A DNA stretch of 64,000 nucleotides from a virus, in the IMG/VR virus record IMGVR_UViG_3300047560_001714, positions 123,936 to 187,935 of that record; one strand, 5' to 3'. The notes under the pieces were generated by a model that was given only the letters and a program-made list of their open reading frames with translations, was not told where the DNA came from and did not search any database. The position numbers and the translations under genes were made by a program. Positions 49,143 through 58,331 of this stretch are shown here, one piece after another (position 1 is the first letter of the stretch; each line of letters opens with the position of its first letter).

Positions 49143-49983
49143 CAATACCTCCATCAATAAATCTGGCTAAACTCATTTTATTCATAATATGAACATCCAT
49201 TCCACTTGTTTTAACTAGTAAGTATTCACCATGATACTCAGGTTTTTGTGTTAGCATCTGAACCTTATTACCAGAAATACTTACTAATATATCGGTATCC
49301 GTTGAAAATACCATTGATCCCGGTAATGCTACAGCAAAATCAGAAAACATCTTACCATTCATAATATGAATGGCGATACTAAATGCAAAGTCATTACGGT
49401 ATAGTGATGATTCAATACTATATAACACTCGATAGTATTCCCAATTATTCCGAATATACGTTAATAAATCAAAAAATGACTCCATTACTGGGGATTTCTT
49501 AAATACAAACACCGTTGCCCAATAAAATGGAATAGAATAGCTGTTAACTCTTTCAAATTCAGTTGAGGTACGCCATTCTGATATATCCATACTTTTTTTA
49601 TATATTTGAAAATCGTAGTCTCGTTCTAATGCCATCGCTAATATAGAAGAATTAATAATATAGTCACTATCTATAACTAAGGTTGTTTCATATGGGCTTA
49701 ATTCATAAACATTCACTCTGGAACTATTTTTCCATATGATTTTAGTCGATGCCATCGCCCCATCATTAAGTATACGGTATTGTTCAGATTGATCACTTGA
49801 TATATCAATAATTGTATCAAATGCATGAGTCGGATATGCTGATGTTACCCAATTAACACTATCAGTAATTAGTGTAACCGGGATATTTAGATATGTCTTA
49901 ACGCGTTCAGCAGCATATACTGCTAGTTTCACGTAATCAACCTTTGAGTTATTTTGCGCAAATATTACCGCACCAATAGTCAT
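49135..49983 (-). CDS. GT8/mannosyltransferase-like glycosyltransferase (paralogue)
   Basis: PYETTLVIDSD (DxD), YRNDFAFSIA. Confidence 0.65.
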   Translation of the reverse strand: MTIGAVIFAQNNSKVDYVKLAVYAAERVKTYLNIPVTLITDSVNWVTSAYPTHAFDTIIDISSDQSEQYRILNDGAMASTKIIWKNSSRVNVYELSPYETTLVIDSDYIINSSILAMALERDYDFQIYKKSMDISEWRTSTEFERVNSYSIPFYWATVFVFKKSPVMESFFDLLTYIRNNWEYYRVLYSIESSLYRNDFAFSIAIHIMNGKMFSDFAVALPGSMVFSTDTDILVSISGNKVQMLTQKPEYHGEYLLVKTSGMDVHIMNKMSLARFIDGGIGV

Positions 49984-50330
49984 AGTTCAATAATATCCTG
50001 TATTTTTCGTTTTGTCGATAATGATGCATACTTTGTTGCATACACATTCAATGATTCAAAATATTGTTGAGATATTGTATTATAAAACTCTTGTACATCA
50101 CCAATTATTACTGGTAACATATTAATATCAACGAATGCTACCTCATGCGTATACCCAGAATCTATCATTAGCTTTGTAAACGTTAATAACTCTGGGCTTA
50201 TAACAAAAGTTGCGCCATTTATGTAATATATGAGTTGTTGGTTAAACTCCTCTAACATAATTCTACGCTGATTAGATAATGTTGCCATATAATTGGCAAC
50301 ATCAAAGGCTTTTTCAATTCTTTCATCCAT
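49980..50330 (-). CDS. Hypothetical protein heading the GT operon
   Basis: AGGA SD; ATGA overlap with the next gene. Confidence 0.55.
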   Translation of the reverse strand: MDERIEKAFDVANYMATLSNQRRIMLEEFNQQLIYYINGATFVISPELLTFTKLMIDSGYTHEVAFVDINMLPVIIGDVQEFYNTISQQYFESLNVYATKYASLSTKRKIQDIIEL

Positions 50331-50390
50331 AAAAATGTCCTATAATTACTATTAGTTATCTTTGTATGAATGAATAATTTATAATTTTGG

Positions 50391-51275
50391 TTAAACCAAG
50401 GTTGGCGTGGTTGCTGATACGTTAGTACCGCTTGCTTTTATCATTTCAATCGTGGTATTCAATGATCCGTCAACATATTCATCAACACCCCACCCACCAG
50501 GATAGGATAAGTCTTCGTAAGTTATCGTGAACCTAAGTTGACTAGTGGTTGGCGAATTAACGTTAATACTAACTTTATTTGGTGTATATGTTGGATTTTC
50601 CGTTGATTTAGTACATATTAACTGATTACTAGATGTTAAATTAACGGCGCCAATTGAATATATAGTTCCATTTCCAGTACTAGTCGTGGTTGTTCTAGCA
50701 AAAGTTACAGAACCCATGTTAGTTAACATTGTGGTCCAAGATGAATTTTTTGTATTTGTTGACCCACCGGTACGAGATGTGGTAATAATAAACCTACTTC
50801 CGGTATTAAAGAAACAACGTAATGCATCCGCTGACCCAAAGTTCATAGTTGCGGTATGAGTAATCGTTGTATTCCACGATGAGGTATTTGTATTGGTATA
50901 CACTGTTGTTCTAGCAGATTGTTCAGTATATGGCAAACTCGTCGATAGTCGATCTGTTACCACACTATCCGCCATTGTACCATAAGATACCAATACGGCA
51001 TCGGTCACCTTTGCCGATGTGGTTATTGCTGTCAATGTTTCCGTTGCATTTGTTTGGAACTGTCTAGTTCGTATCAAATCTGATCGTAGATTACTCCACT
51101 GTTGTGCAGATATTTTAGCACCAACCGCAACTTGTGAGCTTAACACAGATTGATTATACCCATATGAACCATCCGCGACACCGGCGGGGGTTTGCCCACC
51201 GGTACCTAATACAACTGATACTTTTTTCTGAATAGTATTATAATCTGCGCTATATATTTTCGAGCCAACTGCCAT
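50391..51275 (-). CDS. Virion structural/tail protein (paralogue of the N-terminus of 51299-54811)
   Basis: DYN.IQ..V..VLGTG, WSNLRSD, RTGGSTNTKNSSWTTMLTNM. Confidence 0.65.
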   Translation of the reverse strand: MAVGSKIYSADYNTIQKKVSVVLGTGGQTPAGVADGSYGYNQSVLSSQVAVGAKISAQQWSNLRSDLIRTRQFQTNATETLTAITTSAKVTDAVLVSYGTMADSVVTDRLSTSLPYTEQSARTTVYTNTNTSSWNTTITHTATMNFGSADALRCFFNTGSRFIITTSRTGGSTNTKNSSWTTMLTNMGSVTFARTTTTSTGNGTIYSIGAVNLTSSNQLICTKSTENPTYTPNKVSINVNSPTTSQLRFTITYEDLSYPGGWGVDEYVDGSLNTTIEMIKASGTNVSATTPTLV

Positions 51276-51295
51276 ATATTATCCTTTTTTGCTCA

Positions 51296-51302
51296 TATTT
51301 AT
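51296..51302 (-). promoter_or_regulatory. Late promoter core ATAAATA overlapping the upstream stop codon
   Basis: The + strand reads TATTTAT; about 20 nt upstream of ATG 51275. Confidence 0.45.
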
Positions 51303-54300
51303 CCAGGTGTGATCCCAGTGCCCCACATTATCTTTACATACCCATTGCCGCCAGATTCAGGCGGAACCACACTGCGAGTATGAGAATAACCCGAACCACT
51401 ATTACCACCATTAGGATATCCACCAGACGCCGGACCACTATGACTATTATCACCATGACTTATAGTTGCTTGACCAACCCCACCCGCTGTTGCTACATAA
51501 TTTCCCGCAACAGCTATATCACCTGCGGTTAATCCAGTTACAGTAGCAGTTCCACCGGAAATGGTTGACTTACCGCCATTGACGCCGGTAGATCCATATC
51601 CATAATATCCGCCTGAACCTCCACCAGCTACAATCTTAATTCCCGTGGCGGTGTCGAATGTGGTTGAAGCACCCGCAGTGGTTGCCGCGCCACCACGTCC
51701 AATGGTGAATGTTGGTTTTGTTATTTTAGAGGTACCAGTTCCAACCGGTATTAACGCCGATACCCGTGCACCGCCGCCTCCACCTGCACCAGAAGAACCC
51801 CAATTATCATTACCTTGGTAGCCGCCGCCTCCGCCGCCGCCTCCCCACACAATAACTTTAAATACAGTCACACCGGCAGGTACATCCCATGTAAATGTTC
51901 CTGCGTTTCTAAATATAACAGCACCACTTTGTGTTAATGACGTATCAGCTACTTGAACAATATTACTAGTACATAACCTAGTGGCTGTTTCAAATCCAGG
52001 AGAGGTATATACGCTTAACGTAAATTGCTCAGGAATGCTAGATTCTGTAACATAGTCGTTCGACACGGTAAGTTTCCAAACCAGTGATGATGAGGTGACT
52101 GCGAACGCACCGGTATATGGACTAAATGGTAATGGATAATCGAAATCTAATACTTCAAAGATCGATGTACTACCCGGCAATTGGATTGGGTTTAATTTTA
52201 TATAATACACCGACCCAGCTGGTACATTAGCATTTGCAAATGTAACAGTTAATTCAGTTCCTTCATTAACTGCCAAATATGGTGACGTTGCTAAAGTACC
52301 GGAGGTTATCGTCATAGTACCAGTTGGTGGTGTTAGCGAAGAATCCAAAATCGAAACAGTATTACTATACACGATACCAGTCGTGTTAGATGCTGAAATT
52401 GGTCTTAATGAAAAGAGAACACTTTCAGGGGTTGCACCCTCAGTAAACAAATCAGCTCTAACACGCCATGTCCAAACGAGGGAGGTTGACGTAATAGAAA
52501 TAGCACCATCAGTACCAATAGATGGGCCACTAACGTACTCATAATCCCAGTCAGTAATAGCACCAACCCTACGTTTAGCTGTACCTTCTGACACCAAATA
52601 CATAATAGCATTCACATTTATATTCTGAACAGTACACGTCAATGTAAACGTATTACTAGTGTCCTCATCAATTATTGCTGGATCAGCCGGTGTGATTGTT
52701 AAAGTATAAACCGGTGTACTAGAAGTATTATTAATAGTAGCCGTCGCACTTGCTTGAATAGGACTTGTATATGATGATTCTCTGGCTTCCCATACAACTG
52801 TTTCATTAGTTTCAGTAAGATGATCCTCAACAACCACAAAATTCCAAGTCATAGATGAACCAGTTGTTACAAATGTTCCGCCAGCTGGATTGGTTGATGC
52901 GGTAAATGCTGGGCCGCTAACTAATGTAAAATCGGTTCCATAGGTTGCGGTTCCGCCCCAAGTAAAATACAATTGTGTACCAACTGGTACATTAAGCATA
53001 GTTAATACAACACTAAAATTAATAGTTCTAGTTGTACCAGCGGTTTCCGCAAGTGGTAAACTTGATGTGGTCGTTATTGATACGCCATACGAAAAATCAC
53101 TAGATGTACTAAGAATCATAACCGGTGATGTGATTAATCCTGGAATATCGGGACCATTCAAAGTTTCTTGGAAAGTAATACTAAACGATTCGGTATTTTC
53201 GCTAGTTCGATCAGCTCTAGCCGCCCGGACTAATGTTCCTTTATGATTAGTTATAGCGACCGTACCAGTCATTCCATCTGATGAATTAGCGGATGGTTCG
53301 AAGTCATCACCAGTTAAACTAGTTCTAGTGTTTGTTCCGGTACTAGGCCGAGTTTTCCAATATAAAATAGACCCTGTAAATGTGGACGGTGTTGTAATAT
53401 CATATGTTACACCAGTGGTACCTTCACTAATAATAGTTACACCGTGTTGGTCAACCGAATACCCATCAGATGGCCCAGGTGCAACTGGTAACTCGGTAGC
53501 TGGTGGGGTAACAACCGCTGGGGTTTTTGATAAATCCCCAATAGAAATTGATGGACTAGAAATAGTACCACCATTAGGTTTAGTAAAAGTTAAAATGAAT
53601 GATTCAGGGGTCACTCCCTCGCTAGTGTTATCAGCTGCAGCAACCAATGTTGGGGTTGACCCGGAATAGGTTGTAACACCGTTTACTGTACTAGATGTGA
53701 TTACAACATATCCGTGTAAAGAGTCCGCAAATAATGGTGATGGATTATTAAGATCCGAGGTAGTTATGTTTGCACCAGACACGACGTAATAAATATTAGT
53801 ACCAACTGGGACGTTAGTTGTCGTTATAGTAACAACAACTCCAGTTCCACCTTCATCGATACTATTCTTGTTCGCGGTCACCGAATAAGTTGGTGTAAGT
53901 GGTAAGGTTGGCGGGGTTACAACAACAGTGGAACCACCTGGGAACGAGCTTGTTCCGGCTGGTACTGGTACTTCCACGTTGACCCCAGTTGCTCGATACG
54001 ATTGTACTGTGCTAATCAATGAACCATCCACGTTTTCATCGACATTCCCGGCGGCTGCATCTGTAAATCTAATAGTAAAAATAATTTGGGATGAATCTGA
54101 ATTTTTACGTGCTAAAATAGTATATGTATTTGGGTTATACGTTGAATTTTCAGTAGTTTTTGTAAAAATAGTTTGGTCTGCAAGCGTTAACTGGTAGAAT
54201 CCAATAGAGGCAGCTGGGCTACCAGTACCTGAACAAGTTGTACTAGAGTTATTGAATACAATAGTCTGCATGTTTGTTAGCATGGTGGACCAAGATGTAT

Positions 54301-54811
54301 TCTTTGCATTCGTTGACCCGCCAGTACGAGATGCATAAAATTCAATAGTACTTCCAGAATTAAAATAAAATCTAGCCATATCTGCCGTTGAGAAATCAAC
54401 TGACACAGTATGAGTACTAGTACCGTTCCACGCGGACGAAAGTGTCCCTGTTACCAATGTAGTACGAGTTGCTTGTGATACCGGTGGTTTCACTAGTTTG
54501 TTGGCGGCTATTGTTGCCGCCATAGTAGAAAATAAGTTTATATCCGCCGCTGTTAATAAAGTCTTAGACGCCAACGATGGTAAACTTGAGCTTGGGTCTG
54601 TGCCAGTCTGATGCCATCTGGCGTGAATCATATCACTTCGTAAGTTTGCCCAACTACCAATAGATATCAGAGATTTACTAGTAAGTTGATTACTAGTAAC
54701 TAACTGTCCATATCCAAATTCAGCATTCCCCGTTCCTAACACTTGTGCAACCAAATTTTGAATACTATTGTAATCATTTGGGCTAATTAATGATAAAGTT
54801 TGAACTGGCAT
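51299..54811 (-). CDS. Tail fibre/adhesin with Ig/Calx-beta-like repeats and a C-terminal glycine-rich domain
   Basis: Repeated (I/V).EG....V.....NVP.G...Y modules; TWDVPAGVTVFKVIVWGGGGGGG. Confidence 0.7.
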   Translation of the reverse strand: MPVQTLSLISPNDYNSIQNLVAQVLGTGNAEFGYGQLVTSNQLTSKSLISIGSWANLRSDMIHARWHQTGTDPSSSLPSLASKTLLTAADINLFSTMAATIAANKLVKPPVSQATRTTLVTGTLSSAWNGTSTHTVSVDFSTADMARFYFNSGSTIEFYASRTGGSTNAKNTSWSTMLTNMQTIVFNNSSTTCSGTGSPAASIGFYQLTLADQTIFTKTTENSTYNPNTYTILARKNSDSSQIIFTIRFTDAAAGNVDENVDGSLISTVQSYRATGVNVEVPVPAGTSSFPGGSTVVVTPPTLPLTPTYSVTANKNSIDEGGTGVVVTITTTNVPVGTNIYYVVSGANITTSDLNNPSPLFADSLHGYVVITSSTVNGVTTYSGSTPTLVAAADNTSEGVTPESFILTFTKPNGGTISSPSISIGDLSKTPAVVTPPATELPVAPGPSDGYSVDQHGVTIISEGTTGVTYDITTPSTFTGSILYWKTRPSTGTNTRTSLTGDDFEPSANSSDGMTGTVAITNHKGTLVRAARADRTSENTESFSITFQETLNGPDIPGLITSPVMILSTSSDFSYGVSITTTSSLPLAETAGTTRTINFSVVLTMLNVPVGTQLYFTWGGTATYGTDFTLVSGPAFTASTNPAGGTFVTTGSSMTWNFVVVEDHLTETNETVVWEARESSYTSPIQASATATINNTSSTPVYTLTITPADPAIIDEDTSNTFTLTCTVQNINVNAIMYLVSEGTAKRRVGAITDWDYEYVSGPSIGTDGAISITSTSLVWTWRVRADLFTEGATPESVLFSLRPISASNTTGIVYSNTVSILDSSLTPPTGTMTITSGTLATSPYLAVNEGTELTVTFANANVPAGSVYYIKLNPIQLPGSTSIFEVLDFDYPLPFSPYTGAFAVTSSSLVWKLTVSNDYVTESSIPEQFTLSVYTSPGFETATRLCTSNIVQVADTSLTQSGAVIFRNAGTFTWDVPAGVTVFKVIVWGGGGGGGGYQGNDNWGSSGAGGGGGARVSALIPVGTGTSKITKPTFTIGRGGAATTAGASTTFDTATGIKIVAGGGSGGYYGYGSTGVNGGKSTISGGTATVTGLTAGDIAVAGNYVATAGGVGQATISHGDNSHSGPASGGYPNGGNSGSGYSHTRSVVPPESGGNGYVKIMWGTGITPG

Positions 54812-54821
54812 AGGAATCCTC

Positions 54822-56360
54822 TTATAAAATTACAGATTCAACCAATTTTACATTGATATCATCGTTGCTTTCTAATGCAATACCAAAAATGAGACTATCG
54901 GTTGAGGTCAACGCAACTTGGGCACATCCATTATTAGACGCCACCAGTAAATCACCTTTCTTAACTGCACCAATAATTTTAACAGGTACTCTACCTTTTA
55001 ATGCTATAAAAGTTCCATCAATTAACCCTGAATTCATCATATATGCAGGATTGCCTGATACCGCCCCTAATGCACGTTTACCAAGGGTAGATTCAGTAAC
55101 CTCTTTCTCACCACCAACAACGACAACTGTTCCAATCTCATATTCCGCATCAGCCAAGTATTTTTCAGCTAAGTCAGCGTAATATGCTTTAGTTGCGGTA
55201 CCGTGAAAGAAAGTTGCTTTAATAGAACCGGGAGATATGGTAACCCCATCAACTGTTTCCTCAACCGATGTACGTGCAGCAATAGTCCCAGATGTTGCTG
55301 TTGTACTAGCTGTTTTGTATGACCCGCTTACCGATAACGAATCTGCTTGTGTTGCAACACCGCTAAAGGTCGATGCATACACAGTTGTAAATTTATGCGA
55401 ATCATCACCTAATTTTGAAACATTATTTTCACCAGGGATCACATCCACACCATTTAAAATCAATGGTGTTTTTGTTAACTTAGTAACATTGTCAAGAGTA
55501 CTCACAACTGTTGTTTTAAATACAATTTGACTGTTAAGTTGATTGAAAAAAGTTGGTGTTAATTGACCATCATTATAAACTTTTAATCGTTCATTTGGAT
55601 ACCCAACGGTGTAACCAACGTCCGCAAAATTAACTAATTGGGTAAATCTAGCACTTGCAGCACGAATGAAATCAGATGGTAAATAGCCACCTAATCGGTC
55701 AGCATTTGTTGCGGTCCCCCAGAAACGATGCGCGGTGGTGGTTTGACCTAACTGAGTATCATCTGTTGTATTTCGCAAAGTAATCCCTTGCTGTATCTTA
55801 CCAAATCCAGTAATCTGACTAGCTTGTGCTAATTCAAACATTGCATCTTTACTCACAATAAATGCAACATCATTCCCGACATATGCTGCAATTACCTGAT
55901 GAGTTGCCCCACCAGTTTGTGTTGTTGCAACAACCTCCATTGAACGCATTTCAGTGGTGGATGAGGCTTTGGTTTGTGGGCCAATTAATACGAATGCGTT
56001 ACCATCCCACGCTTTTAATTGCTGATTCGAGGTATCCCACCAAAAATCGCCTTGTGTTAACCCAGATGGTGGTGCTGTTACTGGTGCAACCTCCGCTCCG
56101 CCGGTAGTTCTAAATGATAAACCATCATAGAACTTTAATTTTTTACTGCCACTATCAAACCAAATCTGTCCTTTAATTCTGTTAGGTGGTGGGGTCGTAC
56201 CAGCAAAATTTTCTAATAAATATACAAAATTCTCATTTTGTGCTTCACCGTAGCCAGAATAATTTTTGCCAATTAGTTTAATATCCAATGTGGTGTCAAT
56301 CGTTCCATCAGCAACACTAGCTACTGGCGTGTTATTGTATGTATTAATGGTATATGCCAT
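54822..56360 (-). CDS. Tail fibre with IMC-like C-terminus
   Basis: N-terminal GKNY.GYGE..NENF..LLENFA...GQIWFD; C-terminal YADLAEKY...GTVVVVGG. Confidence 0.72.
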   Translation of the reverse strand: MAYTINTYNNTPVASVADGTIDTTLDIKLIGKNYSGYGEAQNENFVYLLENFAGTTPPPNRIKGQIWFDSGSKKLKFYDGLSFRTTGGAEVAPVTAPPSGLTQGDFWWDTSNQQLKAWDGNAFVLIGPQTKASSTTEMRSMEVVATTQTGGATHQVIAAYVGNDVAFIVSKDAMFELAQASQITGFGKIQQGITLRNTTDDTQLGQTTTAHRFWGTATNADRLGGYLPSDFIRAASARFTQLVNFADVGYTVGYPNERLKVYNDGQLTPTFFNQLNSQIVFKTTVVSTLDNVTKLTKTPLILNGVDVIPGENNVSKLGDDSHKFTTVYASTFSGVATQADSLSVSGSYKTASTTATSGTIAARTSVEETVDGVTISPGSIKATFFHGTATKAYYADLAEKYLADAEYEIGTVVVVGGEKEVTESTLGKRALGAVSGNPAYMMNSGLIDGTFIALKGRVPVKIIGAVKKGDLLVASNNGCAQVALTSTDSLIFGIALESNDDINVKLVESVIL

Positions 56361-56382
56361 GTTAATAAATTCCTTTTTATAG

Positions 56383-56390
56383 TATTTATA
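56383..56390 (-). promoter_or_regulatory. T4-like late promoter TATAAATA
   Basis: The + strand reads TATTTATA; about 23 nt upstream of ATG 56360. Confidence 0.6.
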
Positions 56391-56400
56391 TTAAAGTATT

Positions 56401-58329
56401 CTATAAAATAGATTGGAAAGTCCAAACCCCTGATGTAAGAATAAAAATACGAATAGATAATACTTCAGATATAGTACACATTACTCTACATTTTGTCGTA
56501 TCCTCATGTTCATCCGCTGGGAACAACATTTGTAAATAATTTGCAATCTGGGTATTACGTGCGCTATCATCAACCCCATATGCGGTAGCATCCATTGAAA
56601 TAGCCAATGGAAATATTTTAACTGTATGTACCAGTTGTGCAAAATTTACCGCATCAGTGTTATCGGTTGCTGTAGCAACTGCAGTTATACGCTTGCTACT
56701 TACATTAACAACACCAGTGCCTTTCGGGGCAAGAACAATGTCACCGTTTGCCACTGACGAATTCACATAACTTATGGTTTGGTCATTAATATTAATGTTA
56801 TCGACTTGTAACTGATTTAATGTTCCAATTGAATTTAATCCAGGTGCGGATACAATTGTTGTACCTAATGATGTTTCAGAAATAACAGTGGTACTATTTA
56901 TTTTAAAAGTTTTTCCAGCAATGACTGAAACCGCATCGTTAAACGACCACCCATCCGCTAAACCCCAAATCATTGTCTTGTTATTATCAGAACCACCTTG
57001 TAAACTTATCCCACCGCCAGCAGCAGTCGAATTAGATGGGCTGTCGGTCTTACCAATTTCAATAAGTTTATCCTTTATTGCTAAATCGGTCGTATTAATT
57101 GTGGTAACATTACCTTTTACTGTTAATGTTCCTTGTACAACCACATCGCCATTTACATCCAACATTGCGGTTGGCGTATCTGTGTATATACCAACACGTT
57201 TTGTATTAGCATTAACAATCATTGCTGTACTAAATGTACCCGCGCTATTAAGATTTAACTTAAAATTTTGATCTGGTATGTTAGAACTAATACTAAACGC
57301 GGCATTTGATACTTGAATTTCCGATTGCCCACTATTTCCTAGTAACAACGGTGTGGTATTTAAAATAGATATCGTACCGATCGTTGCTGAGTTATATTGG
57401 GTTGATAAAAAGCTTTCAGCAGTTTTAATGTGACCATAAGTATCTATTAATGCCTCAGCAGCAGTTACCGTCGAATGTATCTTGGTATTATTCAATGAAC
57501 CAGAGTTGAACCCAACTTTAATATCATTTGATACATCGGCTAATAATACCGTGGTATTACCTACCTCGGATGCCAATGATACTGGTGTTGTACCATCTCT
57601 TAAAGCTACTGAAAATGTGGTTGCATCTGGGATATCCAAAACATAATATGTAATATCGGACTGTAACCCACCAATTGAATCTTTAAACCTAATCGCTTGC
57701 CCAACTAACAACGCACCGGTTGAAACCACTGAAATTAAATCATTGTCGCCATCAATAGAGGTAACGATCGTAACATTTAAATCTTTTGTAAAACCACTAA
57801 TAGGTTCGGCTGGTGTGAATTCAGTGGTACTATATATACCTAATAAAGTATCAGATACCATTAACATCACAACCGTATGAACTACCTCGTCCGTGTCCTG
57901 AATATCAGACACAACAAATCCGCATATCCCTTGAGTTGTTGTATATAATGGGCCAGCCAAAACTGTTGCAACACCATCGTTAAAATATAATTGTTGATTT
58001 TTAGAATCAATCCATATATCGCCTTGTGTTAGTCCTGATGGTGGTGTGGTAGATACAAAAGTTCCACTAGTAACTTTAAAAGTTGAACCATCATAAATTT
58101 TTAATCTGTTATCAGATGTATCAAACCACAACTGTCCAACAATTGGTTGATTTGGTGAGGTGGTGTTTGCAAAATTTTCCAATACATGAACGAGGTTTTC
58201 ATTCCAGTATTCACCGTAAGAATTAGCGTTCTTCCCTAATAAAGTTAGATCTGTTGATAACTGATCTATTGCACCATCAATAATCTCTGTTAAAATGGTG
58301 CCGTCTGTTTTATGTATAATGTAACTCAT
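56401..58329 (-). CDS. Tail fibre/baseplate protein (same N-terminal domain family)
   Basis: GKNANSYGEYWNENLVHVLENFA...GQLWFD. Confidence 0.7.
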   Translation of the reverse strand: MSYIIHKTDGTILTEIIDGAIDQLSTDLTLLGKNANSYGEYWNENLVHVLENFANTTSPNQPIVGQLWFDTSDNRLKIYDGSTFKVTSGTFVSTTPPSGLTQGDIWIDSKNQQLYFNDGVATVLAGPLYTTTQGICGFVVSDIQDTDEVVHTVVMLMVSDTLLGIYSTTEFTPAEPISGFTKDLNVTIVTSIDGDNDLISVVSTGALLVGQAIRFKDSIGGLQSDITYYVLDIPDATTFSVALRDGTTPVSLASEVGNTTVLLADVSNDIKVGFNSGSLNNTKIHSTVTAAEALIDTYGHIKTAESFLSTQYNSATIGTISILNTTPLLLGNSGQSEIQVSNAAFSISSNIPDQNFKLNLNSAGTFSTAMIVNANTKRVGIYTDTPTAMLDVNGDVVVQGTLTVKGNVTTINTTDLAIKDKLIEIGKTDSPSNSTAAGGGISLQGGSDNNKTMIWGLADGWSFNDAVSVIAGKTFKINSTTVISETSLGTTIVSAPGLNSIGTLNQLQVDNININDQTISYVNSSVANGDIVLAPKGTGVVNVSSKRITAVATATDNTDAVNFAQLVHTVKIFPLAISMDATAYGVDDSARNTQIANYLQMLFPADEHEDTTKCRVMCTISEVLSIRIFILTSGVWTFQSIL

Positions 58330-58331
58330 TA

